From Myxococcota bacterium (GTDB lineage Bacteria; Myxococcota_A; UBA796; SXON01), in assembly GCA_040386535.1 (NCBI GenBank), contig JAZKFH010000009.1, positions 273,296 through 337,295 of the forward strand: DNA of 64,000 nt, in the 5' to 3' direction. The position numbers were made by a program, and so were the translations under genes. This document shows positions 18,605 through 29,455 of this stretch, one piece after another. Numbering within the stretch: the stretch's first letter is position 1; each line of letters begins with the position of its first letter. The notes beneath the pieces were generated by a model. That model did not search any database, had not been told where the DNA came from, and saw only the letters and a program-made list of their open reading frames with translations.

Positions 18605-20080
18605 ATGTCGCGTCGCCGCCCCGGCCTCTGGGCCGCGATCGGACTCAACCTCGCCCTCCTCACGGTCGCCGTGTCGGTGCTCGACGCGGGCGTGTTCTTC
18701 CTCGTCACCCGGCGGGTGTTGAGCGACGCGGCTACCGACCTCGCGGTCGGCACGGCCGACATCCTGGTCGATGAGCTGGCGGCGGCGGGGCCGGACGGGT
18801 GGAAGCGGGTGATCGAGGCCCGGCGGCGGGCCGGCACGCGGGAGCTGACGTTGTATGCCCCGTCGGGGAAGGTCATCGTGGGCGAGGGGAGCGTGGGGGA
18901 GGAGGGTGCACCGGGGCCGGACGTGCGTGCGGCGTTCTTCACGCGGGAGGTCTCCGTGGACGAGGTCGATGGGCGCGTGGTCGTGGTCGCGCCCGTGGGC
19001 GGGCCCGGGCCTCCGGAGGCCGTGCTCCGGGTCGGCTTGCCGCTCACCGTCACGGCGGCGCCGGCCTGGGCGGTGATCGCGGCCCACGCGGTGCTCTCGG
19101 CCGTGCTGATCGTGGTCTTCGGGTTGGTGCTGTTCCGTGGGAGCCTGCTCAAGCCGATCGAGCAGATGCGGGACGGCACGCGGCGCATCGCGGCGGGGGA
19201 GCTCGGGCTGCAGGTGAGCGAGGAGGCCCCGGCCGAGATCGCGGAGCTCGCGGAGGCGCTCAATACGATGTCGACCGCGCTCGCGGGCTACCGCGCCCGC
19301 ACCGCCGAGCAGCTGGCGCGCCTGGAGGCGGCGAACGTGGAGCTGCGGCGCACGCAGGACGCCCTGCTCCGCAGCGAGAAGCTCGCCAGCGTCGGCCGGC
19401 TGGCCGCGGGGCTCGCCCACGAGCTCGGAAACCCGCTCACCGCCGTGCGCGGCTACATCGAGCTGCTCTCGCTCGGCGGGGACTTCGCGCCCGGCTCCGC
19501 CGGGGCCGACGAGGTCGTGGAGCGCTGCCAGGTCGAGGTCGAGCGGATGCACCGCATCCTGCGCAGCCTCCTCGACTTCGCGCGGCAGGATGAGCCGCAG
19601 GTCACCGAGGTGAACGTGCGCGATCTGCTCGAGGAGGCCGTGCGCACCGTGCGCCTCCAGGGCCCGTTCCGGGCCATCCGCGTCGACATGGAGGTCGCCG
19701 GCGCGCCGCGCCTGAACGGCGAGCCGGACAAGCTCCACCAGGTGCTGGTGAACCTGCTGCTCAACGCGGCGGATGCGGGTTCGCGCACGATCCGGCTCGA
19801 AGCGAGCGAGGCCGAGGGCATGGTTCGGATCGCTTGCGTCGATGACGGGGAAGGAATTCCGGCCGAGAACATCGGGCGCCTGTTCGAGCCCTTCTTCACG
19901 ACCCGTGCGCCCGGGAGGGGAACGGGATTGGGGCTTGCGGTGTCACACCGCATCCTGGAGCAGCACGGAGGGAGGCTGGACGTGTCGAGCGTGCCGGGGG
20001 CCGGCGCGGTGTTCAGCTTGCGGATCCCCGTCGTCCCGGACATCGATCCGCCCGCTGCTCGGCCCTTCGTTTCGGTTTAG
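18605..20080 (+). CDS. Membrane sensor histidine kinase (HAMP-HisKA-HATPase_c)
   Basis: Two TMs, HAMP, EKLASVGRLAAGLAHELGNP H-box, NLLLNA, DDGEGI, FEPFFTT, GTGLGL. Confidence 0.95.
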   Translation: MSRRRPGLWAAIGLNLALLTVAVSVLDAGVFFLVTRRVLSDAATDLAVGTADILVDELAAAGPDGWKRVIEARRRAGTRELTLYAPSGKVIVGEGSVGEEGAPGPDVRAAFFTREVSVDEVDGRVVVVAPVGGPGPPEAVLRVGLPLTVTAAPAWAVIAAHAVLSAVLIVVFGLVLFRGSLLKPIEQMRDGTRRIAAGELGLQVSEEAPAEIAELAEALNTMSTALAGYRARTAEQLARLEAANVELRRTQDALLRSEKLASVGRLAAGLAHELGNPLTAVRGYIELLSLGGDFAPGSAGADEVVERCQVEVERMHRILRSLLDFARQDEPQVTEVNVRDLLEEAVRTVRLQGPFRAIRVDMEVAGAPRLNGEPDKLHQVLVNLLLNAADAGSRTIRLEASEAEGMVRIACVDDGEGIPAENIGRLFEPFFTTRAPGRGTGLGLAVSHRILEQHGGRLDVSSVPGAGAVFSLRIPVVPDIDPPAARPFVSV

Positions 20081-20123
20081 GTAGGACCACCTTCCCGGCC
20101 AGCCGGGTTCGTATAGGAAGCGT

Positions 20124-23117
20124 GTGGCTGAATCCCTGGCCCGAATCCAAGCCTCCCTCCGCGGTCTCGCGCGGCGGGAGCAGCGGAACCTGCTCCTGCA
20201 GGCCGGTCTCGCCGCGTTCGCGGCGTGGTGCCTGGCCTGGGCGGGGCTCGCGGCGGCGGTCAGCTACGAAGTAGCCTCCCGGAGCGCCGCGCCCGCCTGG
20301 ATCGGCGGCCTGGTGCTCGCGGGCGTCATCGCCGGCGTCTGGCCCTTGCGCCGCTTCCGCGCCGCCCGGGATGCCCGCCTGCAAGCCCTCCGCGTGGAGG
20401 CGCTCCGCCCTGAGCTCAAGGGCGCCCTGCTCACCGTGCTCGACCGGGAGGCACGCCCCCGCGGGTCGCCGTCGCTCCTGGCGCGGCTTGCCGCCCGCTC
20501 CGCCGCTACGGTCGACGCTGTCGCCCCCGCGGCCGTGCACCCGATGGACACCGTGCGCCGTGTGGCCGTGCTCGCGGTCCTGTCCGCGGTGCTCCTGGCG
20601 CTCGCCGGGCTGCTGCTCCCGCGCGGCCCGCTCGAGGCCCTCGCGGCGTTGCGTTCCCCCCTCGTGGAGCCCACGGCCGAGGCGGTCGTGGTGCCCGACG
20701 GCCCGCGTGCGCTGCTCGGCGACATCACGCTCCGCTACCTGTACCCGACCTACACCGGCCGGGAGCCCTTCGAGGTCCCCAACTCCAACGGGGAGGTGCA
20801 CGCGCCCCCCGGCACGCGTGTGGAGGTGCGGGCGCGCACGGGTGAGGTCTACGAGCAGGCCGCGCTGGTGGTCTATGAGGGCGCGCCCACGCCGATCGAG
20901 CTGGTGGACGGGCGCGATGTGCGCGCCAGCTTCCTGGTCGAGGGGGCCGGCGCCTGGCGCGTCCTGTTCGGGACCCTGCCGTCGCCGGACTACGCGATCG
21001 TCCCCGACCCGGACCTCCCGCCGGACGTGTCGGTGCAGAGCCCCCAGCGCGTGCTCTCCCTCGCGGTCGACAAGGCCGTTGCCCTCCAGTGGACCGCGCG
21101 GGACGACTTCGGCATCGCGCGCGTCGTGGTCGAGGTCGACGAGGACGGCACGAAGCGCGAGGTGTCCGTGCGCGTCCCGGTCGACGTGCCGCGCGACCTC
21201 GGAGGCACCCTCACGCTGACCCCCAAGGAGCTCGGGCTCGCGCCTGGGAGCCGCGCGAAGCTCCGCATCGCGGCCTGGGACAACGACGCGGTGTCCGGCA
21301 GCAAGGCCGGCTACTCCACCGTCATCGAGGTCGAGGTGCTCGGTCCCCGCGGGCGCGCTGATCGGCAGTCGAAGTACCGCAAGCTCCTGAGGGACGCATT
21401 GGTCCTCGTCCTTGCGGACTACGTGCTCGATCCTGCACCGGCGGTGATGGTCGGGGCGGACGCGCCGACCTGGGCCACCTCGGCGGGCGGGCGCTACGAG
21501 CGCTTCGACCAGCTCGTGCAGGAAGCGTGGGGGGGCGCCGAGACCGACACGTTCGACACCACGCTGCTGCAGGTGCTCCGTGAGGACCGTCGTGGCCTCC
21601 TCTCCTTCGCCAACGGGCTCGGCACCGCTACGCGCATCAGCGAGCGTGATCTGGCGCTGTTCGTGTCCTTGCAGGACAAGCACGTCGGCACGCTGGAGAA
21701 CGCGATCTTGATGCTCGACCAGGTGATCCGCGCCGCCGCGCTCGCCAACCTCGAGGAGCTCGTGGTGCAGGCCGCCAAGGAGGCCCAGGAGCTCAAGGCG
21801 GACTTCCAGACGCTGGACAAGTCCTCGGCCCTGGCGCGGCTCGACCAGCTCGAGCGCCTGTACCAGCAGCTCGCCCGGGAGGCCGCCAAGCTCGACGAGG
21901 GCCAGCTCCGCGAGTTCGTGAACGACCGGAGCGAGCAGGTCGACAGCCTGATGGACGAGATCCGCAAGGCCATCCGCGAGGGCCGGATGGACGACGCGAA
22001 GGAGCTGATGGACCGGCTCGCCGCCACCATGCAGGAGATGGCCGACCAGGTCGAGGGCATGCAGGAGCAGCGCGAGAAGTCGGGCGAAGAGCTGCAGAAG
22101 GCGATGGAGCAGGTCAAGAGCGAGCTCGCCAAGCTCGAGAAGGACCAGAAGGCGCTCCGGGAGCAGACGGAAGCGGCGCGCGAGAAGCATGGCGACGACA
22201 TGAAGGAGGCCGTCGACAGCTGGAAGGAGATCGAGTCGCTCTCCGCCACCATCGTCGAGCAGCTCGGCCGGCTCGATCCCGCGCTGGAGCCCTTCACGTC
22301 CTCGTCCTGGAGCGGCGGGTCGGTCCTGGGCGAGGTGCAGGCGGACGCCTCCGGGCTCCACGACTCGGCGCGCGCGCGGGATCTGCAGACCGCGCTCCTC
22401 CGCGCGGACCAGCTCTACGGCCAGCTCCGCATGCTCGGGAGCCGGATCACGGGGTCCCAGCGGCGTCAAAAGGCCGACGCGACGGCGCTCGCGGTCTCGT
22501 TCCGCGTGGTCGAGAACCAGCAGAAGAACGTCCAGAAGGTGCGCGAGCTCCTGGAGAAGATGGCGGACCGCCAGTCCCAGACCTCACCGGCGCTGCAGCG
22601 GGAGCTCCAGGAGATGGCCCAGCAACAGCAGCAGCTCTCCGAGCGCGCCGGGCAGACGGCGGAGCGCGCCGGGAAGGTGGCGGAGAACCTGCCGATGGAC
22701 GCCCCGGGCCTCGCCGAGGGGGCGAAGCGCGGCGCGGAGCAGGCTCGTCGCGCCGCCCAGGCCATGCGGGACGGCGAGCCCATGCCGGCCGAGGGCGGCC
22801 AGCGCGCCGCGGAGGACGCCTTCCGGGAGGCACAGGACGCCCTGGACGAGGCCTCCCGCAACCTTCAGCAGATGCAGCAGGCGTCGCAAGGCAAGGGGAG
22901 CGGCGAGAAGAAGGAGGGCGAGCAGGAGGGCGAGGGCGGCGACAAGTCGGGCGACGGCCCGGACGTGCTCGGGGACGAGATGGCGCTGCCGGCGCCCGAG
23001 GCGTTCCGGACGCCCGAAGAGTACCGGCGCGCGTTGCTCCAGGGGATGGAGGGCGACGTGCCGGAGGAGTACAAGACCTTGAACCGTAGGTATTATGAAG
23101 AACTGGTTCGCCAGTAG
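20124..23117 (+). CDS. DUF4175-like membrane/coiled-coil protein
   Basis: N-terminal TMs, YPTYTG, ARDDFGI, AWDNDAVSGSK, long Gln/Glu coiled coil, VPEEYK..RRYYEEL end. Sits in a MoxR operon. Confidence 0.75.
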   Translation: MAESLARIQASLRGLARREQRNLLLQAGLAAFAAWCLAWAGLAAAVSYEVASRSAAPAWIGGLVLAGVIAGVWPLRRFRAARDARLQALRVEALRPELKGALLTVLDREARPRGSPSLLARLAARSAATVDAVAPAAVHPMDTVRRVAVLAVLSAVLLALAGLLLPRGPLEALAALRSPLVEPTAEAVVVPDGPRALLGDITLRYLYPTYTGREPFEVPNSNGEVHAPPGTRVEVRARTGEVYEQAALVVYEGAPTPIELVDGRDVRASFLVEGAGAWRVLFGTLPSPDYAIVPDPDLPPDVSVQSPQRVLSLAVDKAVALQWTARDDFGIARVVVEVDEDGTKREVSVRVPVDVPRDLGGTLTLTPKELGLAPGSRAKLRIAAWDNDAVSGSKAGYSTVIEVEVLGPRGRADRQSKYRKLLRDALVLVLADYVLDPAPAVMVGADAPTWATSAGGRYERFDQLVQEAWGGAETDTFDTTLLQVLREDRRGLLSFANGLGTATRISERDLALFVSLQDKHVGTLENAILMLDQVIRAAALANLEELVVQAAKEAQELKADFQTLDKSSALARLDQLERLYQQLAREAAKLDEGQLREFVNDRSEQVDSLMDEIRKAIREGRMDDAKELMDRLAATMQEMADQVEGMQEQREKSGEELQKAMEQVKSELAKLEKDQKALREQTEAAREKHGDDMKEAVDSWKEIESLSATIVEQLGRLDPALEPFTSSSWSGGSVLGEVQADASGLHDSARARDLQTALLRADQLYGQLRMLGSRITGSQRRQKADATALAVSFRVVENQQKNVQKVRELLEKMADRQSQTSPALQRELQEMAQQQQQLSERAGQTAERAGKVAENLPMDAPGLAEGAKRGAEQARRAAQAMRDGEPMPAEGGQRAAEDAFREAQDALDEASRNLQQMQQASQGKGSGEKKEGEQEGEGGDKSGDGPDVLGDEMALPAPEAFRTPEEYRRALLQGMEGDVPEEYKTLNRRYYEELVRQ

Positions 23118-24713
23118 TCGGTTGACCCGCGGCCTGCTCGTCAGCAGCCAGCTGCTGGGGGCGGGCTCCGCGTGGGGGGCGTCCCTCGCCGACGGGCGCG
23201 CGTGCCTGGAGGCCTCCGACCTGCCCTGCGCCAGCGCGGCGGCGGCCACCGCTGGCGAGAGCCCTGACGCACAGGCGTTCCGGGCGGAGGTCACGTTCGC
23301 GCGGGCCGAGTTCGCGGAGGCCCTCCGCCTCATGGAGCTCGCCTCGGCCGCGCGCCCGAGCGACGAGCAGATGGCGCGCACGTTGAAGCTCTACCGGGCG
23401 ACCGTCGAGGCGACGGACGGCTTCGTCACCAGCAAGCGCGGCGACGTCGAGATCCGCTACCTGCCCGGCACCGATCTGGTGCTGGTGGACGAGGCCTTCG
23501 AGGCGCTCCAGGCCGCGCACGATCGCATCGGGCCGCTGCTCGGCGGCGCGCCCCCGGGCGGCGTCCGGATGGAGATCTACCCGACCGCGGAGCGCTTCAC
23601 GAAGGCGAGCGGCCTGCCGACGGAGGCGGTGCAGACCACGGGCGTGGTGGCGCTCTCGAAGTGGACCCGCCTGCTCGTCACGAGCCCGCGCGCGCTCGGC
23701 CGCGGCTACGCGTGGAAGGACACGATCGCGCACGAGTACATCCACTACATCGTGGCCTGGCGCACGAAGGACCAGGCCCCCGTGTGGCTCCAGGAGGGCA
23801 TCGCGCGCTCCCACGAGTCGTTGTGGAACCAGGACCAGCCTCCCGCGCTCCAGCCCTACCAGCAGTCGCTCCTGGCGGAGGCCCTCGCGGGCGACAAGCT
23901 CGTGCCGCTCGAGCGCATGCACCCGAGCATGGCGTTCCTCGACTCGGCCGACGAGGCCGCGCTGGCCTTCGCCCAGGTGAGCACGATGATGGTCCACCTC
24001 CGCGCTGTCGCCGGCACGGACGCGGTCTCCAAGGTGCTCGACCGTGTGCGCAAGGGCACCGACGCGCTCAAGGCCACCGCCGAGGTCGGCACCGCGGGCG
24101 ACGTAGGCGCGTTCATGACCGGCTGGCGCACCATGCTCGCGGACATGCACCTCGTGCGCCGCAAGCTCGCCGCGATGCCGACGGTGCTCGGCCCCGGCGA
24201 GGACGACTTCGGCATCGACCCGGTGCTGGCCACCCGCCGCGATCTCGCCGGCCACGCCCGCCTCGGGGACCTTCTCCGCGAGGCCGACCGCGCCGAGGCC
24301 TCGCTGGTCGAGTACCGCAAGGCCATCCCGGAGGGCGAGCCCGCGCCCCCCACGTTGAGCTCGCGGATGGCGGAGGCGCTCCTTACGCTCGGCCGCACGG
24401 ACGAGGCGCTCGCGACGCTCCGCGCCTCGGTCAACGATTATCCCGAGTACGCCACCACTCGGAAGAGCCTCGGCGGCATCCTGCTCTCGCAGGGTAAAGC
24501 CGCGGATGCGTTGGTCCAGTTCCGGGCCAGCGCCGACATCAACCCCTTCGATCCCGACGTGCAGTCGGCGCTCGCCGATCTCTACACGAGCCTCGGCGAC
24601 GCGACGCTCGCGGCGCGCCACGCGCGGTACAGGGGAATTCTCGCACTCGGCGGCGCCACCCCAGGTGCAAAAAGCCCCGGTTCCCGTGGACCGGGCGCAA
24701 ACGGAGACGACGG

Positions 24714-24717
<4 letters not shown>
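23095..24717 (+). CDS. Peptidase MA-like zinc metalloprotease with TPR repeats
   Basis: AHEYIH...[10 protein letters not shown] (HExxH plus downstream E). TPR-like helices. Start uncertain. Confidence 0.8.
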
Positions 24718-25732
<1,015 letters not shown>

Positions 25733-25736
<4 letters not shown>

Positions 25737-26605
25737 ACGGCCCCTGGGATCCCCGCGTCCTCGAGCGCGTCCGCCACCTTCACCTGCACGCGCGGCAGGC
25801 GGTGGCCGGCCTGTGGCACGGCACCCAGCGGTCGATCCACACGGGCCACGACGTCGAGTTCGCCGACTACAAACCCTACGACCTGGGAGACTCGCTCCGC
25901 GACGTCGACTGGCGCGTGCTCGCGCGCACCGACCGCCTCGTGGTGCGTCGCTACCGCGCCGAGACCGAGCTCCCCGTCATGATCGTGCTCGACGCCTCGG
26001 GGGACCTCGGCTCCACCCCCGCCAAGCTCGACATGGCGCTGCGCACCGCGGCCACGATGGCCTACCTGTTGCACCTCGACGGCGAGCCCGTGGGCCTCAC
26101 GATCGGCGCGGGGGAGGGCGTCACGATCCGCCGCCTGCCGCCGCGCCGGGGCCGTCGCCACCTCGCCCAGCTCTTCCTGCTGCTCGCCTCGGTGCGCCCC
26201 TCCGGCCGCGCCGGTCTCGACTCGTTGTTCCGCGAGGTGGGCGCGCACCTCGGCGCCCGATCGTTGGTAGTGGTGGTCAGCGATTTCATGGAGGAGCCCT
26301 CGACCTGGACCGGCGCCCTCGCCGCCCTGACCCGTCAGCGCGTGGATCTACGGGCGTTCCAGGTGTGGGATCCCGCGGAGCTCGAGCTGCGCTACGACGC
26401 GCCGCTCAAGCTGCGCTCCCCCGAGACCAACGAGGAGCTCCCCGTCGATCCGTCGGCGGCTCGCGCCCTGTTCGGCGAGGTGGTGAGCGAGTTCTTCACC
26501 GAGGTGCGCACCGCGGTGCACGCCCGGCGCGGGCGCCACTACGATGTGCCCGTGGGCGTCGATCTCGCGGCGGTGCTCGCCCGCTTCCTCGCGGGAGGCG
26601 CGTGA
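25733..26605 (+). CDS. DUF58 domain protein
   Basis: [35 protein letters not shown]. The GTG overlaps the moxR stop. Confidence 0.92.
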
Positions 26606-28653
26606 ACTTCGTCCTGCTCGCTCCCGCGGCCCTGGCCCTCGCCGCCCTCCTCGCGGGGCCGATCCTCGCGCACCTGTCGAAGCAGCAGCCGCGCGAGCGC
26701 CGCCCGTTCGGTGCCCTGCTCCTGCTCGAGCGGCTCCAGCGCCGCCTGCACCGGCGCCGACGCCTCCAGGACCGTCTCCTCCTCCTCCTCCGCATCCTCG
26801 CGATCGCGGCAGTCGTCTTCGCCGCATCCCGGCCCCAGGCGCAGTGGACCGGCGGGCCCCCGACGTTCGGCGGCACCGGCAACGTCATCGTCATCCTCGA
26901 CGACTCTTTGTCCATGGATCAGCGCGTCCTCGGCGATCCCGCCTTCGCCCTCGCCCGCAAGGACGCCGCCGCCCAGGTGCGCGCGCTCGGGCCGGGCGTG
27001 CGGGTCGCGGTCATCCGCGTCGGCGGTACGGCAACCCTGCTCACCGCCGGCTTCACCGCCGACACGTCGCTCGCCGCCTCGCTCGTGGAGGGGGTGGAGC
27101 AGTCCTACGGCGGCACCGACCTGCGCGGGGCCTTCACGCTCGCCCGCGCCACGCTCGAGGGCGCCGCGGGGGAGATCCTCGTCTACACGGACGAGTCCGG
27201 CGTCGGCGTGGTCGACGCGAGCGCCGGCGACATCGACCGCCTGCTCGCGCTCGGCTCCTCGATCCTGCCGCGTGTGTACGGGCCCGAGTCGCGCCGCAAC
27301 GTCGCGCCCGTCGAAGCTAGCTATGGCGACGGCCTCGAAGGCGGCACCGTCACCGTCCTGCTCGCCAACTGGGGGGCCGACGAGCGCGAGGTCCCCGCGA
27401 CCGTGCACCTCCCCGACGGGGCCCAGATCACGGCCTTCGTCACCGTTCCCGGCGCGTCGGACGGTGGTCCCGGCACCGCCGAGTCCCGCTTCACCGTGCC
27501 GCGGCAGGCCGAAGGCGGCGTGGCCCGGGTCGAGATCGACGACCCTGATCTCCCCCTAGACAACGCCCGGTTCTTCCACCTCCCGCGCATCGGCGCGAGC
27601 CGCGTGCTCGTGGTCGACGGTGACCCCGGCTCGACCCCGACGCGCTCCGAGGTCTACTTCCTCGAGCGCGCGTTGGCACCCTGGGGCGGGGCCGCCGGCA
27701 TCGCGGTGGACGTGGTGTCGCCCTCCGGCCTCGCGCGCCTCGATCCCGACACGCACCGCGTCGCGTTCCTCGCCAACGTGGCCGATCCCGGCGCGCAGGC
27801 GCCCCAGCTCGTCGACTTCGTGCGGCGCGGCGGCGGGCTGGTCATCGGCATGGGCGACAACGTGACCGCCGAGCGGTACGACACCGCGCTCGCCTCGCTC
27901 CTGCCGGCGCCCCTGCGCAAGACCCGGGATCTCGTGAGCCTCACCGAGGAGGACGGCGCCCCGCTCCGCCCCCCCGACGTCGAGTCGTTCGAGCTGTTCC
28001 GCCCCTTCGCGCGCGCCGGTCGCGAGAGCTTCTCCCGCGTGCACACGCGCCGCGTGATGACGACAGACCCGGTGACCGCCGACGACACCCAGGTGCTCCT
28101 CACCTACGACGACGGCGTGCCCGCGCTCCTGGAGCGCCGCATCGGCAACGGGCGCGTGCTCCTCTGGACCTCGACCTTCGATCTCGGCTGGAGCAACCTG
28201 CCGCTCCAGGCGGTGTTCATGCCCTTCGTCCAACGCCTCACCGGCTACCTCGGCGGGGATGCCGGCGGTGCCGCGTCCACCGCGGACGGCGTCGTGAACA
28301 CCCCCGTGACCCTGTCGTTCCCGCCCGCCGGGGGTGACCCCGAGGTGACCGGGCCCGACGGCGGCATCGTCGCCTCCGACCGCGGCATCGGCACGCTCGG
28401 CTTCAGCCCCGCGGTGCCCGGCGCGTACGCCGCCGTCCCGACGGGCCTCCCGCCGCTCGCGTGGGTGGCGGTCAACACCTCGAGCGCCGAGTCCGACGTT
28501 CGGCGCGGGACCAGCCTCGTCGAGGTCCAGGCCGAGATCGCCCCCGAGCGGCTCCGGCGGACCTTCGACCTCGACCTACCCCTCGTGGGCGCCGGTGTGG
28601 CCCTGCTGCTCGGCGCCGGCCTGCTCGGGCGCGGCCGGAGTGAAGATGCGTGA
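26602..28653 (+). CDS. BatA N-terminal/vWA domain protein
   Basis: PILAHL..LLLLLRILA..ASRP (BatA), LDDSLSM MIDAS-like, GGTDL, YTD. C-terminal TM. Confidence 0.88.
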   Translation: MNFVLLAPAALALAALLAGPILAHLSKQQPRERRPFGALLLLERLQRRLHRRRRLQDRLLLLLRILAIAAVVFAASRPQAQWTGGPPTFGGTGNVIVILDDSLSMDQRVLGDPAFALARKDAAAQVRALGPGVRVAVIRVGGTATLLTAGFTADTSLAASLVEGVEQSYGGTDLRGAFTLARATLEGAAGEILVYTDESGVGVVDASAGDIDRLLALGSSILPRVYGPESRRNVAPVEASYGDGLEGGTVTVLLANWGADEREVPATVHLPDGAQITAFVTVPGASDGGPGTAESRFTVPRQAEGGVARVEIDDPDLPLDNARFFHLPRIGASRVLVVDGDPGSTPTRSEVYFLERALAPWGGAAGIAVDVVSPSGLARLDPDTHRVAFLANVADPGAQAPQLVDFVRRGGGLVIGMGDNVTAERYDTALASLLPAPLRKTRDLVSLTEEDGAPLRPPDVESFELFRPFARAGRESFSRVHTRRVMTTDPVTADDTQVLLTYDDGVPALLERRIGNGRVLLWTSTFDLGWSNLPLQAVFMPFVQRLTGYLGGDAGGAASTADGVVNTPVTLSFPPAGGDPEVTGPDGGIVASDRGIGTLGFSPAVPGAYAAVPTGLPPLAWVAVNTSSAESDVRRGTSLVEVQAEIAPERLRRTFDLDLPLVGAGVALLLGAGLLGRGRSEDA

Positions 28654-29455
28654 CGACTCCCGCCGTGACCCCCGCCCCGCTCCCCGCCCCGCTCCCCGCC
28701 CCGCTCCGAATCCGACCCGCCGCGCCGTGCTCGCCGGCGCCCTGTCCTTGCCGTTCGCCGCTCGCGCGCTCGCGGTGGGCCCGGCGTCCGAGGTCGACAT
28801 CGCGGAGATCCAGCTTTCCACGGGTACGGTCTCTCGGCCCGAGGCGTGGACCCGCCTGCTGTTCGAGCTCCTCCAGAGCACGTCGGTAGAGGCCGAGCCG
28901 CGCGTGGTGCAGGTCGCCCCCGACGACCCCGCGTTGTTCCGCCACCCGTTCGCCGTGCTCACCGGCAACGACGCGTTCCCGCCGCTCTCCGAGGCCGCGT
29001 CGCAACAGCTCGTGCGCTACCTCTCCTACGGCGGCTTCCTGTTCATCGACGACACGAGCGGCGAGAGCGAGAGCGCCTTCGATACCAGCGTCCGCGCCAT
29101 GATCCGGCGGTTGTTCCCGACCCGCCCGCTCACCACGCTTCCGTCCGATCACTCGGTGTACCGGGCGTTCTTCCTGCTCCGTGAGCCCGTCGGGCGCGTC
29201 GCCTTGCACCGCACGCTCGAAGGGGTCGCGCAGGGGAGCATGCACCCGCTGCTGTACAGCCGGGACGACGTGTCGGGCGCGCTCGATCGCCGCGCGGACG
29301 GCTCGAACGCGCTGCCGTGCACGCCGGGCGGCGAGCTCCAGCGGCGCGAGGCAGTCAAGCTCGGCATCAACATCCTCATGTACGGGCTCACCTCCAACTA
29401 CAAGCAGGATCAGGCCCACGTCGAGCAGCTCATCCGCGAGGGGCGCCTCGAATGA
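28646..29455 (+). CDS. DUF4159 domain protein with a Tat-like signal
   Basis: TRRAVLAGALSLPFAARALA, LFRHPF, YLSYGGFLFIDD, GINILMYGLTSNYKQDQAH. Confidence 0.88.
   Translation: MRDDSRRDPRPAPRPAPRPAPNPTRRAVLAGALSLPFAARALAVGPASEVDIAEIQLSTGTVSRPEAWTRLLFELLQSTSVEAEPRVVQVAPDDPALFRHPFAVLTGNDAFPPLSEAASQQLVRYLSYGGFLFIDDTSGESESAFDTSVRAMIRRLFPTRPLTTLPSDHSVYRAFFLLREPVGRVALHRTLEGVAQGSMHPLLYSRDDVSGALDRRADGSNALPCTPGGELQRREAVKLGINILMYGLTSNYKQDQAHVEQLIREGRLE
28670..28706 (+). repeat. 12-bp tandem repeat (ccccgccccgct) x about 3, encoding PRPA
   Basis: Directly visible in the sequence. Boundaries approximate. Confidence 0.8.
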